Assembly (NCBI RefSeq): GCF_018350175.1
Contig: NC_058368.1
Location: 224,628,001-224,692,000, forward strand
Source: Felis catus
Taxonomy: Eukaryota
Length of the DNA stretch: 64,000 nt
Direction: 5' to 3'
The translations under genes and the position numbers were made by a program. Shown one piece after another: positions 1 to 13,385 of the stretch (within the stretch, counting starts at the first letter, position 1; every line of letters begins with the position of its first letter). A model generated the notes under the pieces. That model was not told the origin of the DNA, did not search any database, and saw only the letters and a program-made list of their open reading frames with translations.

Positions 1-238
1 TCATTAAAATTTTATCTAAACCCATAGAATGTACCATACCAAGAGTGAACCTAACTGTAAACTACGGACTTTGGATAATAATGATGTGTCGATGTAGGTT
101 AATTGATTGTAACAAACATGTAATTCTCTGGTGGGGGATGTTGGTGTCGAGGGAGCTCATGAGTGTGCGGGAGTAGAGGGTAAGTGCTCATCTTTGTTAT
201 AAGCCTAACGTTGTTCTAAAAAATATTCTATTTAAAAA
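1..238 (+). mobile_element. L1MC-type LINE-1 3' end fragment (L1MC1/2-like)
   Basis: aaacccatagaatgtac..ccaagagtgaacc..gtaaactacggactttgg..ctctggtgggggatgttg matches the L1MC 3' UTR motifs and ends in an A-rich tail. Confidence 0.75.
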
Positions 239-720
239 GAAATGAAATTTCAAGGCATGAAAACACATGGAAGAACTTTAAATGACTATTGGTAATGAAA
301 GAAGCCAATCTGAAAGCATACATATTTATTATTCAAACTACATGATATTCCAGAAAAGCAAAGCCACGGAGACAGATCAGCAGAGGGAAAGGGAAGAAGG
401 GATGGCTAGGCAGAACCAAGGGGATTTTTAGGACAGTAATGGTGGGTACATGTCATTATACGTTTGTCAATACTCATAGCATACGACACAGAGTAAAGTC
501 TAACATCAGCTATGGACTTTTGTAGAATAATAGTGGATTAATATTTGTGCACCGGTTGTAACAAACGTAACACACTAAATACAAGATATTAATAATGGGG
601 GAAGTGGTGGCAAGATGAACGGGTAGATGGAAACTCTCTGTACTTTCCTCTGAGGTTTTATGCAGGCCTAACACTGCTACAAAGATAACCTATTAATTGA
701 AAAAAACATAAATACAAAAA
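239..720 (+). mobile_element. Second L1MC/L1MD-type 3' end fragment
   Basis: gaaagaagccaatctgaaa..ggatttttaggacagt..catgtcattatacgtttgtc..ctatggactt..ttgtaacaaa..actctctgtacttt. Confidence 0.7.
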
Positions 721-882
721 ATAACCTTTTCCAGAAAATAAAAATCAATTCAGTGTCCAGGCAAATGTGATTAATTCAGGCTGTCATCAGTCTCTGAGAG
801 CGACTCTCTACTCCAGAAAACACTGACCTGGCACATTTAAGATAATATAGGGAAGAAAAAGTTTCTAAGGTATTCTGCACCA

Positions 883-1134
883 GGGCACCCGGGTGGCTCA
901 GTGCGTTAGGCTTTTGGCTCTCGATTTCAGCTCAGGTCATGATCTCACAGTTTGTGAATTCAAGCCCCTCATCAGGCTCTGCTCTGACAGCACAGAGCTT
1001 GCTTAGTTTTTTCTCGCTCTCCCTGTCTTTCTCTGCCTCTTCCCCACTCTCTGTCTCTCGCAAAATAAATAAATGAACAAACACTGGAAGGAAGGAAGGA
1101 AGGAAGGAAGGAAGGAAGGAAGGAAGGAAGGGGA

Positions 1135-1186
<52 letters not shown>
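883..1186 (+). mobile_element. Can-SINE with (GGAA)n(GAAA)n tail
   Basis: gggcacccgggtggctcag head, CT-rich tract, aaaataaata, microsatellite tail; degenerate TSD attctgcacc/attttgcacc. Confidence 0.92.
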
Positions 1187-2054
1187 ATTTTGCACCTAGC
1201 CAAACTTATTTTTATTTATTAAGGTCATCAAAACAAATACGTTTGAAAGTGGAAGCATTCAGAAAATACTATTCCTCGGAGCTATCTCATCAACTTACTT
1301 CAAGCCTGAAATAGCCAAAATTATTGAAGTGATCTCCACATGAAGACTGCCGAATTGTTTCTCTGGCAGTGGTATATTGATGGGTGTGAACATGGTGGGA
1401 GTTTCCATTCTGGGACAGAGGTGTATTTTATCATTGTAATTTTTCAACATTGCCAGGCCATGGCGTTAATAAAAATCAGACTGATTAGAGTCAGTTTCAT
1501 CATTGTGTACGTTCTCTATAAATAACGCACTGACTTCTTACTTCTACACCCAGGGCCAATCACTCCCACCAACAAAATCTGATACATCTCATACTTCAGA
1601 CAGTCCTTTGTAGAGTTTTAAAAAGAGAGAGAAATGTATAGAATATGCTCATTAACTGGAGGTAAAACTCTCCTTACTTCATGGGCTCTGCCCCCAAAAC
1701 CAGTTCCCTATTTTGAGCAATTTACAGGAAATCCTTAAATAATGGAGGCAAAAGAGTATTTACTATATGTTCCACAGCTGTTGGCTTCAGGACCAATTGT
1801 CTTCTTGGTAGAAGGAAGCTTGCAAGCAAACCAAACCTTCTAACAAACGTAACCACTTTCATTGGGGAAAAGTAAGATTCTGATTCAAAACATAAAGAAC
1901 ATAAGGAGATTGCATGAGAAAACCAATACTTGAGGATATTTATTGCTTTTAGAACTCCGGAAATGTTTTTATATCTTCTACAGAGCACTCTCACAATAAA
2001 GTAGGTATTATTTAATTCACTGTCTTCTCAGCCCCGTGGACTCACTACCCACAG

Positions 2055-2061
2055 GCGCGCG

Positions 2062-2098
<37 letters not shown>
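2055..2098. repeat. (CG)n(CA)n microsatellite
   Basis: Direct read. Confidence 0.95.
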
Positions 2099-2099
<1 letters not shown>

Positions 2100-3763
2100 A
2101 CTGTAGATACTACTGAACAAGACATCAGGTCACTCCTGTGTTTCCCTTCAAAGTGACGACTATTTGGCTTTGTCTTCTTAGGCCAGTTAGCAGCACGCTG
2201 GAGTTCCGTTTTACCATTCGTAAAATAAATGAAATTTGGAATAGATGATTTCTAGCATCTCTATGTAAGCTGAGCAGAAGTGATTGCGTGGGGCAGCAGA
2301 GTCAACAGATCAGGTGAGGCCGTGAGATGTAATAGTGAGTTGCATATGGGTCACAGAATCAGGTGTACAATCTAGAACCACCCATTTGATATCTTTCAGC
2401 TTAGTTATAAAATAAGAACAAGTGACTTTACAGAGTTGTGCGACAGGTTTAACAATCTCCTATAAAATGCTAGATATAGATTAATGTTATTAAAACAGAT
2501 ATATAAGAAACATTTTTAAATGTCTATGCTACATCAGGGCATGTGCTAAACTTGGAGCTGTAAAATACAGAAATATGCAGAATTCCAACTGGGGAAACTG
2601 GTGAGAGAAAATAAAAAGAAATCCTCATCCACACTGACTTCACTCAGTTAAGAAATTCTAATTACTTTCTTGCTTTCCCCTTTCTTTTTCTGCTGCCCCA
2701 AACTGGAAGGTTATTACTTTTCCCCCTAAAGCAAAGCCGACCTTGAAGAATTGGTTTCTTCTGGGGACCAAGGTCTATCAACTCTGGTTAGTTCAAAGCC
2801 ACTCCGGCTTCACCAACTAAAACCAGAAGTTATTTTATTGTGGTGAACTTGAATGGACCATGCACACATTTCAAGCAACACTTTGCCCAATTTTTTCCAT
2901 GTACCAAAAAGCCAGGCGTTTTAAGCGTTTCGTGTGAGTCAAAAACAACTTGCAAATAGAAAACACAACTACTGCGATGTTTTGCCTCTAAGAAAACAGA
3001 GACAAACTGGGTGGGCAAGGAATATACGGTAGGTGAGCTGAGAAGTGAAAAATCGTGACCGACTCATGTGTCTTGATTATCAGCCTGTGGTCCCGGCTGC
3101 GTGTGAGGTTTCATAACTCCTGAATGAAGAAGTTGATGTAAACAGTGAGGAGATGGTAAGGTAAATATGAAAAGGTAAGAAAAAGTATGGTTTTTAAGTG
3201 TCTCAGTAAGCCAAGTCTTACTAGGGACCACCACATTGAAGTTCTTTCTGGAAGCAATACATTTAACTAAAATCTGGCTCCAGGGCCAACAGCTTAATGT
3301 AAGTTATATTTCAGAGGCTGGCAACTGGGCTCGGTGTTAATCACCATGGAAACAAGATACAATCAATCACCAGATAAAATTAATGCCTAGTCATTGCTAT
3401 ATCTTTCCAATCTCATGCACAAAGACAGATTTAAGTTTGAAATATGCCTTCAGTGGAATATCTGTTTCCAGAGGGCATATATGAATATGCACACGTGGAG
3501 AGCAGACAACGTGAGAAGTTAGTGTAAGGGATGTTAGTGTTGATATTTTTAAGTATCTTCAAATTATGTTGATTTTCTTAATGGCAATTCAAATTTACAT
3601 TAGTTGATCAATTAATCCATAAAAGGGCTTTGAAGCAGAACCTTTCAAATATATTTCTCAGAGCCAGCCTGCTTTATGAAGGCATATCTACAGGTTCCCT
3701 AACTTATTATGTATCCCACAGACCCATCTTCAAATATTTTTTGAAGGTAAAAATAAGACTTCA

Positions 3764-3788
3764 TCTCTCTCTCTTTCTGCCACTCCTC

Positions 3789-3838
<50 letters not shown>

Positions 3839-3864
3839 ATAAATAAACAAACTTTAAAAAAAAA
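3764..3864 (+). mobile_element. 5'-truncated Can-SINE (CT tract and tail only)
   Basis: ctctctttctgccactcctctgctcattc(tc)n aaaataaataaac. Confidence 0.8.
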
Positions 3865-3868
3865 TGGA

Positions 3869-4037
3869 GGGGGCACCTGGGTGGCTCAGTTGGTTAAGTA
3901 TCCAACTCCTGGTTTTGGTTCAAGTCATGATCTCATAGTTTGGCTCCACGTTGACAGTGTGGATTCTCTCTTTCTCTCGCTCTCACTCTTGCTCTCTTTC
4001 TCTCTCTCTCACAAGAAATAAGTAAATAAATAAAAAC
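3869..4037 (+). mobile_element. Can-SINE, older and internally deleted
   Basis: ggggcacctgggtggctcagttggttaag..tcaagtcatgatctc..CT tract, A tail. Confidence 0.9.
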
Positions 4038-4098
4038 AAGATTTTTGAAATATTTGGTATCCGGTGGCCTTTCTCTAATATGATAACTCAAAGAAGAC

Positions 4099-4290
4099 GG
4101 GGCACCTGAGTGGCTCAGTTGGTTAAGCATCTGAGTCTTGGTTTTGGCTCAGGTCATGATCTGGGGTTTGTGGGTTTAAGCCCAACATCGGACTCCATGC
4201 TGATGGTGTGGAGCCTCCTTGGAATTCAATCTCTCCCTCTCTTTCTGCCCCTTACCTGCTCATGCTCTGTCTCAAAACAAATAAATGAAG
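4099..4290 (+). mobile_element. Can-SINE
   Basis: ggggcacctgagtggctcagttggttaagcatc..ctcaggtcatgatc. Confidence 0.92.
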
Positions 4291-5429
4291 ACATATATAC
4301 ATACATATAAATAAGTAAACGTAAAAATACTAAAACACTTATGTAAATTTAGAGTGAGCATTTATATCCCATCCTTAAATATGCCTGAGAAAAATAACGC
4401 AATGGAAGACAATGTGCAATGCTTGCAATTCAAACAGAAGAAACCTGGACTTTGGATTGAGTAGTTCACTCAGTTCTGTAAATTGCTGGGACTTTATTGC
4501 CACTTGATTCAGTGGTTGGAGACTTTTTCCAAAAAGCATACGATGGGAGGTCAAAGGGTGAAAAATTCAGTGAAAATAGAGTGGAAACTTCCAGAATTTT
4601 TGAGGTTATTAATTCTATCAAGTTGGAATAGAATAATTAAATTCCCACCGTGACAAAATTTTAAGAGATAATTCGAATGCGAACATGAATGTTTCCATTC
4701 GGCACTTCCCCCCAAGCTCCTGAAAATTTAGGAGAATTAAAAGGACGAAATAACAAAACATGTACACCAATGTAAACGTTGACAAAACTAGAGGTAGATT
4801 CCAACCTAACTGCAGGACTGCAAAACCAGTTGAACCTACGTGGTGAGAAGTGGAGAGAGGCTGAGGAGAGAGGCCAGCGCCTACAGGTCTCTAGAGAATG
4901 AACGAGAATGTATTTCCTGGCTCTGAAACAACACAGTGCAAAAGCCATGCGTTGTGTCTCTGAACCAGGAATGACAGTGGGGTGAGTAACAGAAGTACTC
5001 TTATTGCCAATGTATTTTACAAGTGCAGAAGAGATAGTGGAAAATCCATACTTACTTACATGTAAGTTAAATTTGATATACATTTATTTATAGTATGCTA
5101 TATTTAATATATATTTAAATAAGTTATATTTCATATATACTTAATATATTTAAGTTATTGCTTAGTGAAAGACTTTTGGAAATAGTCCATCTTCGAAAAT
5201 TTTGGAGGAAGAGATCCTTAACACTTTCCTCCTCCTTACTGTGTGACAAGAATCTCTAACAAACAGCTGGTCTAGGGAGCTCAGTACATTCAATAATAAA
5301 CAATTCAAAGGGGTTGATAAAATATCTATGTAAAAAATGTTTTATGAATAAAGGAGACAGAAGAGTGTGACTTAGTAACAGATATGGAACTACACACTGG
5401 ATATGTATTGCCAGGCAGGAAAGGACGAT

Positions 5430-6215
5430 TGAAATCATCTTTCCCCCATGAAATATAAAGCAATCAATTCTAAAAAGTGAGAATACAAAGCAGAAATGCA
5501 AGGATGCATGGAAGAGTTGGAAATAGCAGGAGTCGAATTGGAGCTGGCAGAATTCAAGAGAGAAATATAGGAAAAAGTAAAATTATCACAGAAATGGAGT
5601 AAAATCGAAGCGACCATGGATGAAGGAGACATTAAGGAAAGTATAAGAGACGTAGAAGCTAGAAACAAGAAAAATAAATAAAATGTGTTGGGAATAAATA
5701 TTTCTAACATTTTTTGAGAGGAAATTATAGTTATAAAACATTAAGTTGATTCACAATATGTATAATTGGAATCCCAAAAATAAAATCAAGCTATTATAAT
5801 AAAATATTTATAATTCAGGACCACTTTCTAAAATGAAAGATGTCTTCATACTCCACAGAAGGACACCCAGTATGTCAGAAGAAATTTAAAAAATGACCCA
5901 CACTTGTTAACACTGGGATACCTATTACTTAAATTTTAATCTCCAAAATTAAGGAAGGAGTCTTATGGGCTTCCAGGCAAAAATATCAAGGGAATAAGAA
6001 AATCTGACTCTGCCAGCTTCATAGGAAAATCAAAGAACAGATGACAATGGAATCATAGTTATAAGATCTTTAAGAAAAGAAAATGTGAGCCAAGGACAAA
6101 CTAAATAGTCCTCAAAAACAAATGCTATGGTTGAATAATTTTGAACATTCAAGCTTTTCTTTGGAGAAAACTACAACAGAACCACCTTGGCCAATCCAAA
6201 CATTTTTGGTGAAAC
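5430..6215 (+). mobile_element. HAL1/L1-type ORF1 fossil
   Basis: Degenerate ORF1 motifs: coiled-coil E/K-rich region, tgtataattggaatccca (IIGIP), tcttatgggcttccaggcaaaaa (LWASRQK), caatggaat..aaatgtgagccaagg (QWN..KCEPR). Confidence 0.6.
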
Positions 6216-7494
6216 TGTAAGAAAATTTAGTGCCAAGAGATCCACACTATGGAAAATGTTAAACGAAGTTCTTCATGCAGAAGAAAAATAGCGTTAGATG
6301 GGATCTTGGGGGGGGGGGGGGGGAGAAAAATAGTTCCAGAAATAGCAAGTTTGTGGGGAAGGTTAAAAAAAGATTTTTTGTATTTTTAAATTTCTTTAAA
6401 AGCCAAAGAGTGATTTGAAGCAAAATTATAACGATGTATTCTTATATTTATATCATATATAGAAATAAAATGGAAGACGAAAATATATGGATGTGAGAGG
6501 ATAAGTAGAAGTAAAATATTGTATGGTTTTTACATTATATGTGAAGAGCCATGTTATTATTTGAAGACAGATTATGCGATAAAATGTATATGTTTAACTT
6601 AAAAGCAACAACTAAAATTTCAAAAAAAAAAAACAAAGAAGGCTTTTAAAAGGCAATATTGGGGGTAAAATAGAATATTGAAACATACTGAAGTATAAAT
6701 CTAAAGAAGAAAAAGAAAGAGAGAATAAAGGTAAAGAAAGCAGATAGACAACAAGTACCCAAATGTTATAGTGAAATCCAACCATACGATACTTACATTA
6801 AGTATAAATGGAGTAAACACTCCAACTGAAAGACTGATTTTTTCAAACTGAATGAAAAAGAAAAACCCAACTACATGCTGTCTAAAAGAATCCTAATTTA
6901 AAGACTAAGGTAGGCTAAAATAAAAAGAAAATTATATAAAACATGTAACAGTAACATGGAATCATAATAAATCTGGATAGCTGTATTAGTATACCATACA
7001 TAAGAGATTCAAATATGATATTATCATAGATATTGAGGACAGTTTTATAATAATAAGTTAATTATTAATCAAGAAGATAAAAATCTTAAATGTTTATTTA
7101 TTAATTTGGTAAGACAGCTCCAAAATACATAAAGTAAAAAAAAACACAAAAGTAAATACTACAAATAAATCCACAATTTTAGGTGGAGATTTCAATACTT
7201 CTCAGCAAATGAGAGAATATGTAGACAGCAAGGATGTAGGAGTCTTAGCACAATCAACCAACTTGGCTTTAATGGATATTTACAGAACATTCTTCTCAAC
7301 AATTGCAGAATAAATATTCTTTTCAAGTGCATACGGTATGTAAACTAAGACAGGCAATAATCACCATCATAAATAAGTCTCAATTAATTTAAAAGTTTGG
7401 TGTAGCCCAGAACATGTTCTTTGAAAGCAATAAAGTGAAATTAACTAGAGATATTTTGAAAGTTCCCAAATATTTGTATACTAAATAACACTTC

Positions 7495-7568
7495 TATATT
7501 ATTATGCTGCATATCAAACATATACAATGCCTGTATGTCAATTACATTTCAATAAAAGTGGGAAAAAA
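7495..7568 (+). mobile_element. Very short carnivore/L1MA-type L1 3' terminus inserted in the older L1
   Basis: attatgctgcata..tatacaatgcctgtatgtcaattacatttcaataaaagtggg; flanks aaataacacttcta/aaataatgcttcca resemble a TSD. Confidence 0.6.
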
Positions 7569-7615
7569 TAATGCTTCCAAATAAAACAGAAAGAAGAAAT
7601 AGCTGAAGAAATTTT

Positions 7616-7840
7616 TTTTTTAATTTTTTTTTTCAACGTTTTTTAATTTATTTTTGGGACAGAGAGAGACAGAGCATGAACGGGGGAGGAGCAGAGAGAG
7701 AGGGAGACACAGAATCGGAAACAGGCTCCAGGCTCCGAGCCATCAGCCCAGAGCCTGACGCGGGGCTCGAACTCTCGGAGCGCGAGATCGTGACCTGGCT
7801 GAAGTCGGATGCTTAACCGACTGCGCCACCCAGGCGCCCC
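7616..7840 (-). mobile_element. Young felid SINEC_Fc
   Basis: Near-consensus, CpG-rich; TSD aagaaatttt at 7606-7615 and 7841-7850. Confidence 0.97.
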
Positions 7841-9804
7841 AAGAAATTTTGAAATATTGTAAACTGAATGAAAATTAAAATATAACTCATTAAAAATTAT
7901 AATTTGCTGCAGTATTTTGCAAATTGTTAGCTTTAAATGTTTGTGCTAGGGAAAAAAAAGAATTAGAAAAAAAGATTAGAATTAGAAAATAAATTAGAAA
8001 TAGAAGTCCAAATTATATCTAATATAAGGAGATAAGAGGGAAAAATGTTATTAAAATCAATGAAAGAGAAACTTTTAAAAAGTAGGAAAAAAAGAAAATC
8101 CAACAAAATAAAATCAATAAAATCCAAAGCTGGTTCTTTGAAATAAATTTAAAAAAATAATAAATCTCTATACAGTGATCAAGATAAAAAGAGAGAAGAC
8201 ATACATTACCAGTGTCAGGAATGATGGACCATGACTACAAGACATTAAATAGATATAAATATTACATGAAAAACTTTATACCAATACATTAAACGCACAC
8301 GTCTAGTGCTGTTTAGCTTATAAGAGGTTAAGATGTAATGTAACATTAGATGTTTAATTTCATAGCTCATGCTCTTAATTATTATACTAATTACTGTCAA
8401 ATTCATTGCTTTCTTTTAAACATTTTTGAAGTTATTTGTAATTTATAGGATCACCAACATGGTAGAAAACTTAGTACTTTATTTTGCTTATCTAGAAACA
8501 TGGCTTTAATTATGATATTACTTTTAAATAATACGATTGCTAGGCAATCATATAGGTATCATAACATTCAATGATCATCCCATGCTTGTATCTTCCTGCT
8601 AAAGTGCAAAGGACATGCAGAAAGTGAGATAAGGGGGGGAGCAAAGAAAGCAGAAGTGGACAAAATATGGGCATTGTCTATTATTAGAAATGAATCCCCT
8701 TTTGTCTGAAAAATTTATTATTAATGTTTACGACTTCCCAACTCAAAAAGGACACTGCAGATAGTCTGTGTACCCCGTGACAATATCTAAAATGTGGTAA
8801 CCAATTCATCTTAGTATAGACGTCTGACTCATTTCAACAGCACTGTTGAAATCACTGGTTTTTAAGACACATAAATGAATGGATAGCTTGTGCCCATTTA
8901 ATCAGGACCTAAACTGATTAATTTATTGACTACCTTCCCCCTCTGGGCAGAAAAAAAAAAAATTCCTTTCTCCTATCTGTCCCTCAATAAATTAACTGGG
9001 ACTAATAAGCACTTCTCACATCAGAAGATTTAATTAGAGCAAGAGTAAGTAACTGCGAGCGCAAGTGCTAATACACAGAGAGAGGTCAAGGCGTTTTTGC
9101 ACCATCTACCTAGCTGCCTTCCTCCCACTGCACAGTATGTTAGTTCAAAACCCAACGGAGCAACTACCAAATGCTTCGATTGGTGCCATGATGTAACTAT
9201 GGCCTGAAATGAGGTAGGAAGTGAGAAGTTTTGCCAACAAAGAGCCACATCATAAGATGAGATACCCTGAGTGGCCTAAAATACCACAAGTTAAAAGTGA
9301 GATTGCTTTTCAAGACAGGAAACTGAACGTTTTTGCGTAGGGATTGTCGCCTACGTGGAGTCTGTGATGAAGCTCAAGGTTATTTAACTATGAGCCATGG
9401 AGGAGCGGAGCACCAGGTAAACCAGTACAATATATATAAATAAAGGCCTCAAAGCAAATAAAGGCAGGCGATTCTGTAATCAGTGTGTTAATGTGTTGTC
9501 AACATCGAGGGTGATATAAAAGGAGAGGTATTTTGAGGCCAAAAGCAGAGCACTTTTATCATTGTGGTAGTGGGCTTTCTAAACACCCGAGGCTTCCCTG
9601 AAATGTTTTGTGTTAGTTATTTATGGATGCAATAAAAAAAAATCCATAGTTCTATAAATTGGAGAAATGCTTGGTAAACTCGTTCTCTACCGCAAGGCTC
9701 CTCAGAGCTTTTTTGGGTCTGAAGAAATAGAAGGCAGTTCATGAGAACAGAGGTACTTTATGTATGGTTAACCATTTCAGTTTTAAAACTTTCTTGTGAA
9801 ATAG

Positions 9805-10150
9805 CTATTCTCACGATACAGGTTACAAACCGAAGCTCAGGGGTGGCTGGGGGGCTCAGTCAGTTAAGTATCTGACTTCAGCTCAGGTCATGATCATGTG
9901 GTTTGTGAGTTCAAGCCCCACATCGGGCTCTGGGCTGACAGCTCGCAGCCGGCTTCAGATCCCCCGTCTCCCTCTTTCTGCCCCTCCCCTGCTCGCTCAC
10001 TCTCTCTCGCCCTCTCTCAGAGACAAATAAATAGTTTTAAAAAACAGGAAAGAAACTAAAGCTCAGAAATAGCAACACTCTCATGTTCACACAGCCAGCA
10101 AACGGTAAAGGTGGAATTCAGGACCAGGTGTATCTAAAGACCATATTCAC
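9805..10150 (-). mobile_element. MIR fragment split by a SINE
   Basis: aaaccgaagctcag|..catgttcacacagccagcaaacggtaaaggtggaattcaggaccagg resembles the MIR core. Confidence 0.55.
9840..10050 (+). mobile_element. Can-SINE
   Basis: ggggctcagtcagttaag..ctcaggtcatgatc; TSD aaaccgaagctcag/aaactaaagctcag. Confidence 0.92.
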
Positions 10151-10929
10151 TTTGATAGCGTAATCTAGCTGCTATAAGTAAAAGATTGTAGCTTTGTTTT
10201 TATTACTTCTTGGCCAAAGCAATGCTGTTGAAGCATCTGACTTCTCTCCTCGAAACTCTACAACTGTTACTACCATAGCCATCCTAGAGTTAACTGTTCT
10301 TAACAACAGCAGCACCCATTGCCACTCCGCTGATGATAATTACATGTATAATAAAATATGTATGTGCAAAAAAAAAAAAAAAACAAAAAGACTTCTCAGA
10401 GGTTTTAATGTTACTTGTGACCGTCCCAGGGAATAACGGATATGCAATTCTTTCGCAGTGTATTTGACTATAGAACATATTTATTTTCTTCACGTCTCTC
10501 TCTCTCTCTTTTTTTTTTTTTGAGATACCTTACTAGCATTTTGGACAAATAAATAAAATCACATGGAAAGATGCTAGTAACGAAAATGCTAAGATATTCC
10601 ATGAACATGAGAACATAAATTATATGAAAATGTGAAAATCCATCAAAATAATAACGTATACAGCACTTTACATGAAAAAAGATTAATTCAAAATGATGGC
10701 TGGGTCTACAGCAATAGTTCAATTGAGTGAAGACCTTAAAGGTCATTATCGTGGTTAGTAGAAATAGTTGGCAAATAAAGGATGCCCATTTTATTCTAAA
10801 ATGTGGAAAATCGATATTTTATGTCATAACTTTTGATTCTCCAGGGTAAGCCTTTAAAAATTGAAATGTTTATTTACGTATAAATTCAGAGCATCGATCT
10901 GTACAAAACACCATAAAAGCTGAAATGAT

Positions 10930-11270
10930 AAATAAGATATTGATAAAACATGTTTATACAAGTAGTAACCTGCAGTATTAATATTAAATATAAGCATGTG
11001 TGTATTAAAAGTATGTGCACAAATATCGAAGTTGAGGGAAGTGAACAACCAGATAGAAAAATAAACAATGACTTTCAATAGGCATTATACAGAAAAAATA
11101 CAAATAGTTGGTATATGTATTAAAAATGTTCAACCTCACTGGTAATTGCAAAAGGAAAGACCAACACGGTCTATTGGTTTTGCTTTTTAACTCATCAAAC
11201 TTAAAATGTCTGATAATCTAATGCTGATGAGAGCTTGGAAAGCCAGGCCACCTCCACTGTGGAAACAAAT
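10930..11270 (+). mobile_element. L1ME-type ORF2 3' fragment
   Basis: aaaatgttcaacctcactggtaat..aaaatgtctgataatctaatgctgatgag. Confidence 0.55.
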
Positions 11271-11492
11271 TCAAAGTAGTACTTGTTAGGGACCAATGGA
11301 GAATCTGGTCTTGATCAACGTCTTCTATCAGGTATTTGATGTGATACGTGATAATCTGTTCAAATGAACACTTTTTGTGTAAGACTAGTGGCAAACATGC
11401 AGGAGGAAAAAATTCTTTCACTTCTTACAACCTGTGTATTTTACATTGAAAACGTAAGAGTATGGTCACTGTCATATTAAGATTTATAAACA

Positions 11493-11700
11493 GGGACGCC
11501 TGGGTGGCTCAGCCGGTTAAGCGTCCAACTTCAGCTCAGGTCATGATCTCACAGTTCGTGGGTTCAAGCCCCGTATCAGGCTCTGTGCTGACAGCTCAGA
11601 GCCTGGAGCCTGCTTCGGATTCTGTGTCTCCCTCTCTCTCTGCTCCTCCCCCGCTCATGCTCTGTCTCTCTCCTTCAAAAATAAATAAAAACATTTAAAA
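11493..11700 (+). mobile_element. Felid Can-SINE
   Basis: Full length; TSD atttataaac on both sides. Confidence 0.96.
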
Positions 11701-11747
11701 AATATTTATAAACCAAATGCATGTTGGTCCTCTTGATGAATATTTTT

Positions 11748-12412
11748 GTTACATACTTGGTCCCCTTTGGTCTTCCTACATGGTTCGTTGTTCACCATTC
11801 CAAAACTCTTGGAATTTCCTAAGTGTTAAGAGGGATAAAGGTATCTTTTCTGTTAATGAGGTGACCTTGGAAAGCACCTAAGGATGAGAGCTGGTTGCCA
11901 GTGGAGCCAACCAGAGAGGGGAGGACTGGAAGTTGAATCTGCCACCAATGGCCAATGATTTGTCAACCGTGCCTATGTAATGAAGCCTCCGTAAAAACCC
12001 CAAAGGACCGGGTCTGGAGAGCTCGCAGGTTGGCGACGTGTGGAGATTAAGGGAAAGTGGTGCACTTGGAGAGGACGTGGACACTCTGAGCCCCTTCCCC
12101 CACTCCTTGCCCTAATGGATCTCTTCCATCTGGCTGTTCCTGAGTTATATACTTTTACAAGAAACCTAGTAAGTACAATTTTTCTCGGAGTTCATGAGCT
12201 GCTCTAGCAAATTATACAAACCAGATCTGATGCTATCTCCAGGTAGATAGTGTCAGAACTGGGTTGAATTATAGCATATTCAGTTGGCGCCAGAGCATTG
12301 CTTGTTGGAGGTATGGGAACCCCCACCCCTACCCCACCTCGTACAATGCACACACACACACACACACAAACACACATACACACACAGTTGAAATTGGGTC
12401 CAGGAACCCTAT
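11748..12412 (+). mobile_element. MER21-family solo LTR (ERVL class)
   Basis: ccaatggccaatgattt..gcctatgtaatgaagcctcc..tctcttccatctggctgttcctgag..gatctgatgctatctccaggtagatagtgtcagaa. Confidence 0.8.
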
Positions 12413-12787
12413 TTGTGACCAAAAATAAAGATAAATGCATTGAAGGAATAAATGTTTTCTGAAAATTATAGTTAAGCAATCTTTCAAGATGAAAACCTGT
12501 GACTACAAATTTTAATAATCAAATACTGGGATTTCTCAGAGTAGAACATAGCTGTAAGTGTAAAAATGCATAGAAACACAAAATTGTCATTTTAATTCAT
12601 TTCCAAACAGAATGTTCACTACTAAAAACACAGAATAAGAATATAGCTAATAAGAACACAGCTAAATATACATTATATGACACTATATTACAGCAAATCA
12701 TACTTTGTAATATGCCTGCATAATATAAGCGCTTTAGTTCATGTCTCTGAGAAGGCGCTAACTTTCTGGAAAGTGCTATTCTGTAGA

Positions 12788-13385
12788 ACACAGGCTTTAA
12801 AGTCCTTAAGGAGAAGATTCAAATGTCGGTCCCATCATTTACCAACACAGTAACCTGAGTATTCCGCTTGTAGCAGATTTGCGCCCGGAATTTCTTTTAT
12901 CTGAAATGTTCCTACTTAATCATCACCATGGTTCTGTACCTCCCTTGACTCAGATCTCTGTTTGGATCCTAGCATATTAACCCCAGTCACCTGTTTAAAA
13001 TAGCAACACTGACTTTTATGTTATTACCTACCATTCCTTGCTCTGCCTAAATTTTCCTCTTAATCCCTACTGAGGCCTAGAAGCTATATCCATTTTTGCT
13101 GACTGTCTCCCCTGCTAGATTGTAAACTCCATGAGCCTAGGGATTATGCATATCTGTGTTCACGGAGTAAGGTTAAGTAAACGTAGCAGGCATCCGATGA
13201 CTATTTGTGGAATAAATGAATGAATGAGCAATAAACATGAATGAATGAGCTCTGAGCCTCATTTTTCCCCTGTAGAAAATCAGGATAATAAATAAGTATT
13301 TCCTGTAGTTGTTTTGAAGATGTTTAATCATGATTAAATGTCTAGCACAGTTTCTGGTACACAATCATTATTCAACATGTTGTTG
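12788..13385 (+). mobile_element. MIR (two halves, about 12788-12862 and 13248-13385) interrupted by L2
   Basis: acaggctttaaagtc..ttcaaat..taacctgag, resuming at tctgagcctcatttttcccctgtagaaaat..gcacagtttctggtacac. Confidence 0.65.
12880..13247 (+). mobile_element. L2 3' end
   Basis: ctgtctcccctgctagattgtaaactccatgag..tatttgtggaataaatgaatgaatga. Confidence 0.75.

Larger units (their letters stand above)
6216..8290 (+). mobile_element. Old L1M: ORF1 C-terminus, spacer and ORF2 endonuclease region (decayed; interrupted by an L1 tail and a SINE)
   Basis: gaaaatgttaaacgaagttcttcatgcagaa (EMLxEVLxAE); cttacattaagtataaatggagtaaacactcca (LTLxxNGxNTP); tgctgtctaaaagaa (CCLxE); ggagatttcaatact (GDFNT); gatatttacagaaca (DIYRT). 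Confidence 0.85.

Noticed and set aside
4661..5083. 140-aa minus-strand ORF
   Set aside because: No recognisable motif or splice structure; adjacent to the L1/HAL1 fossil.
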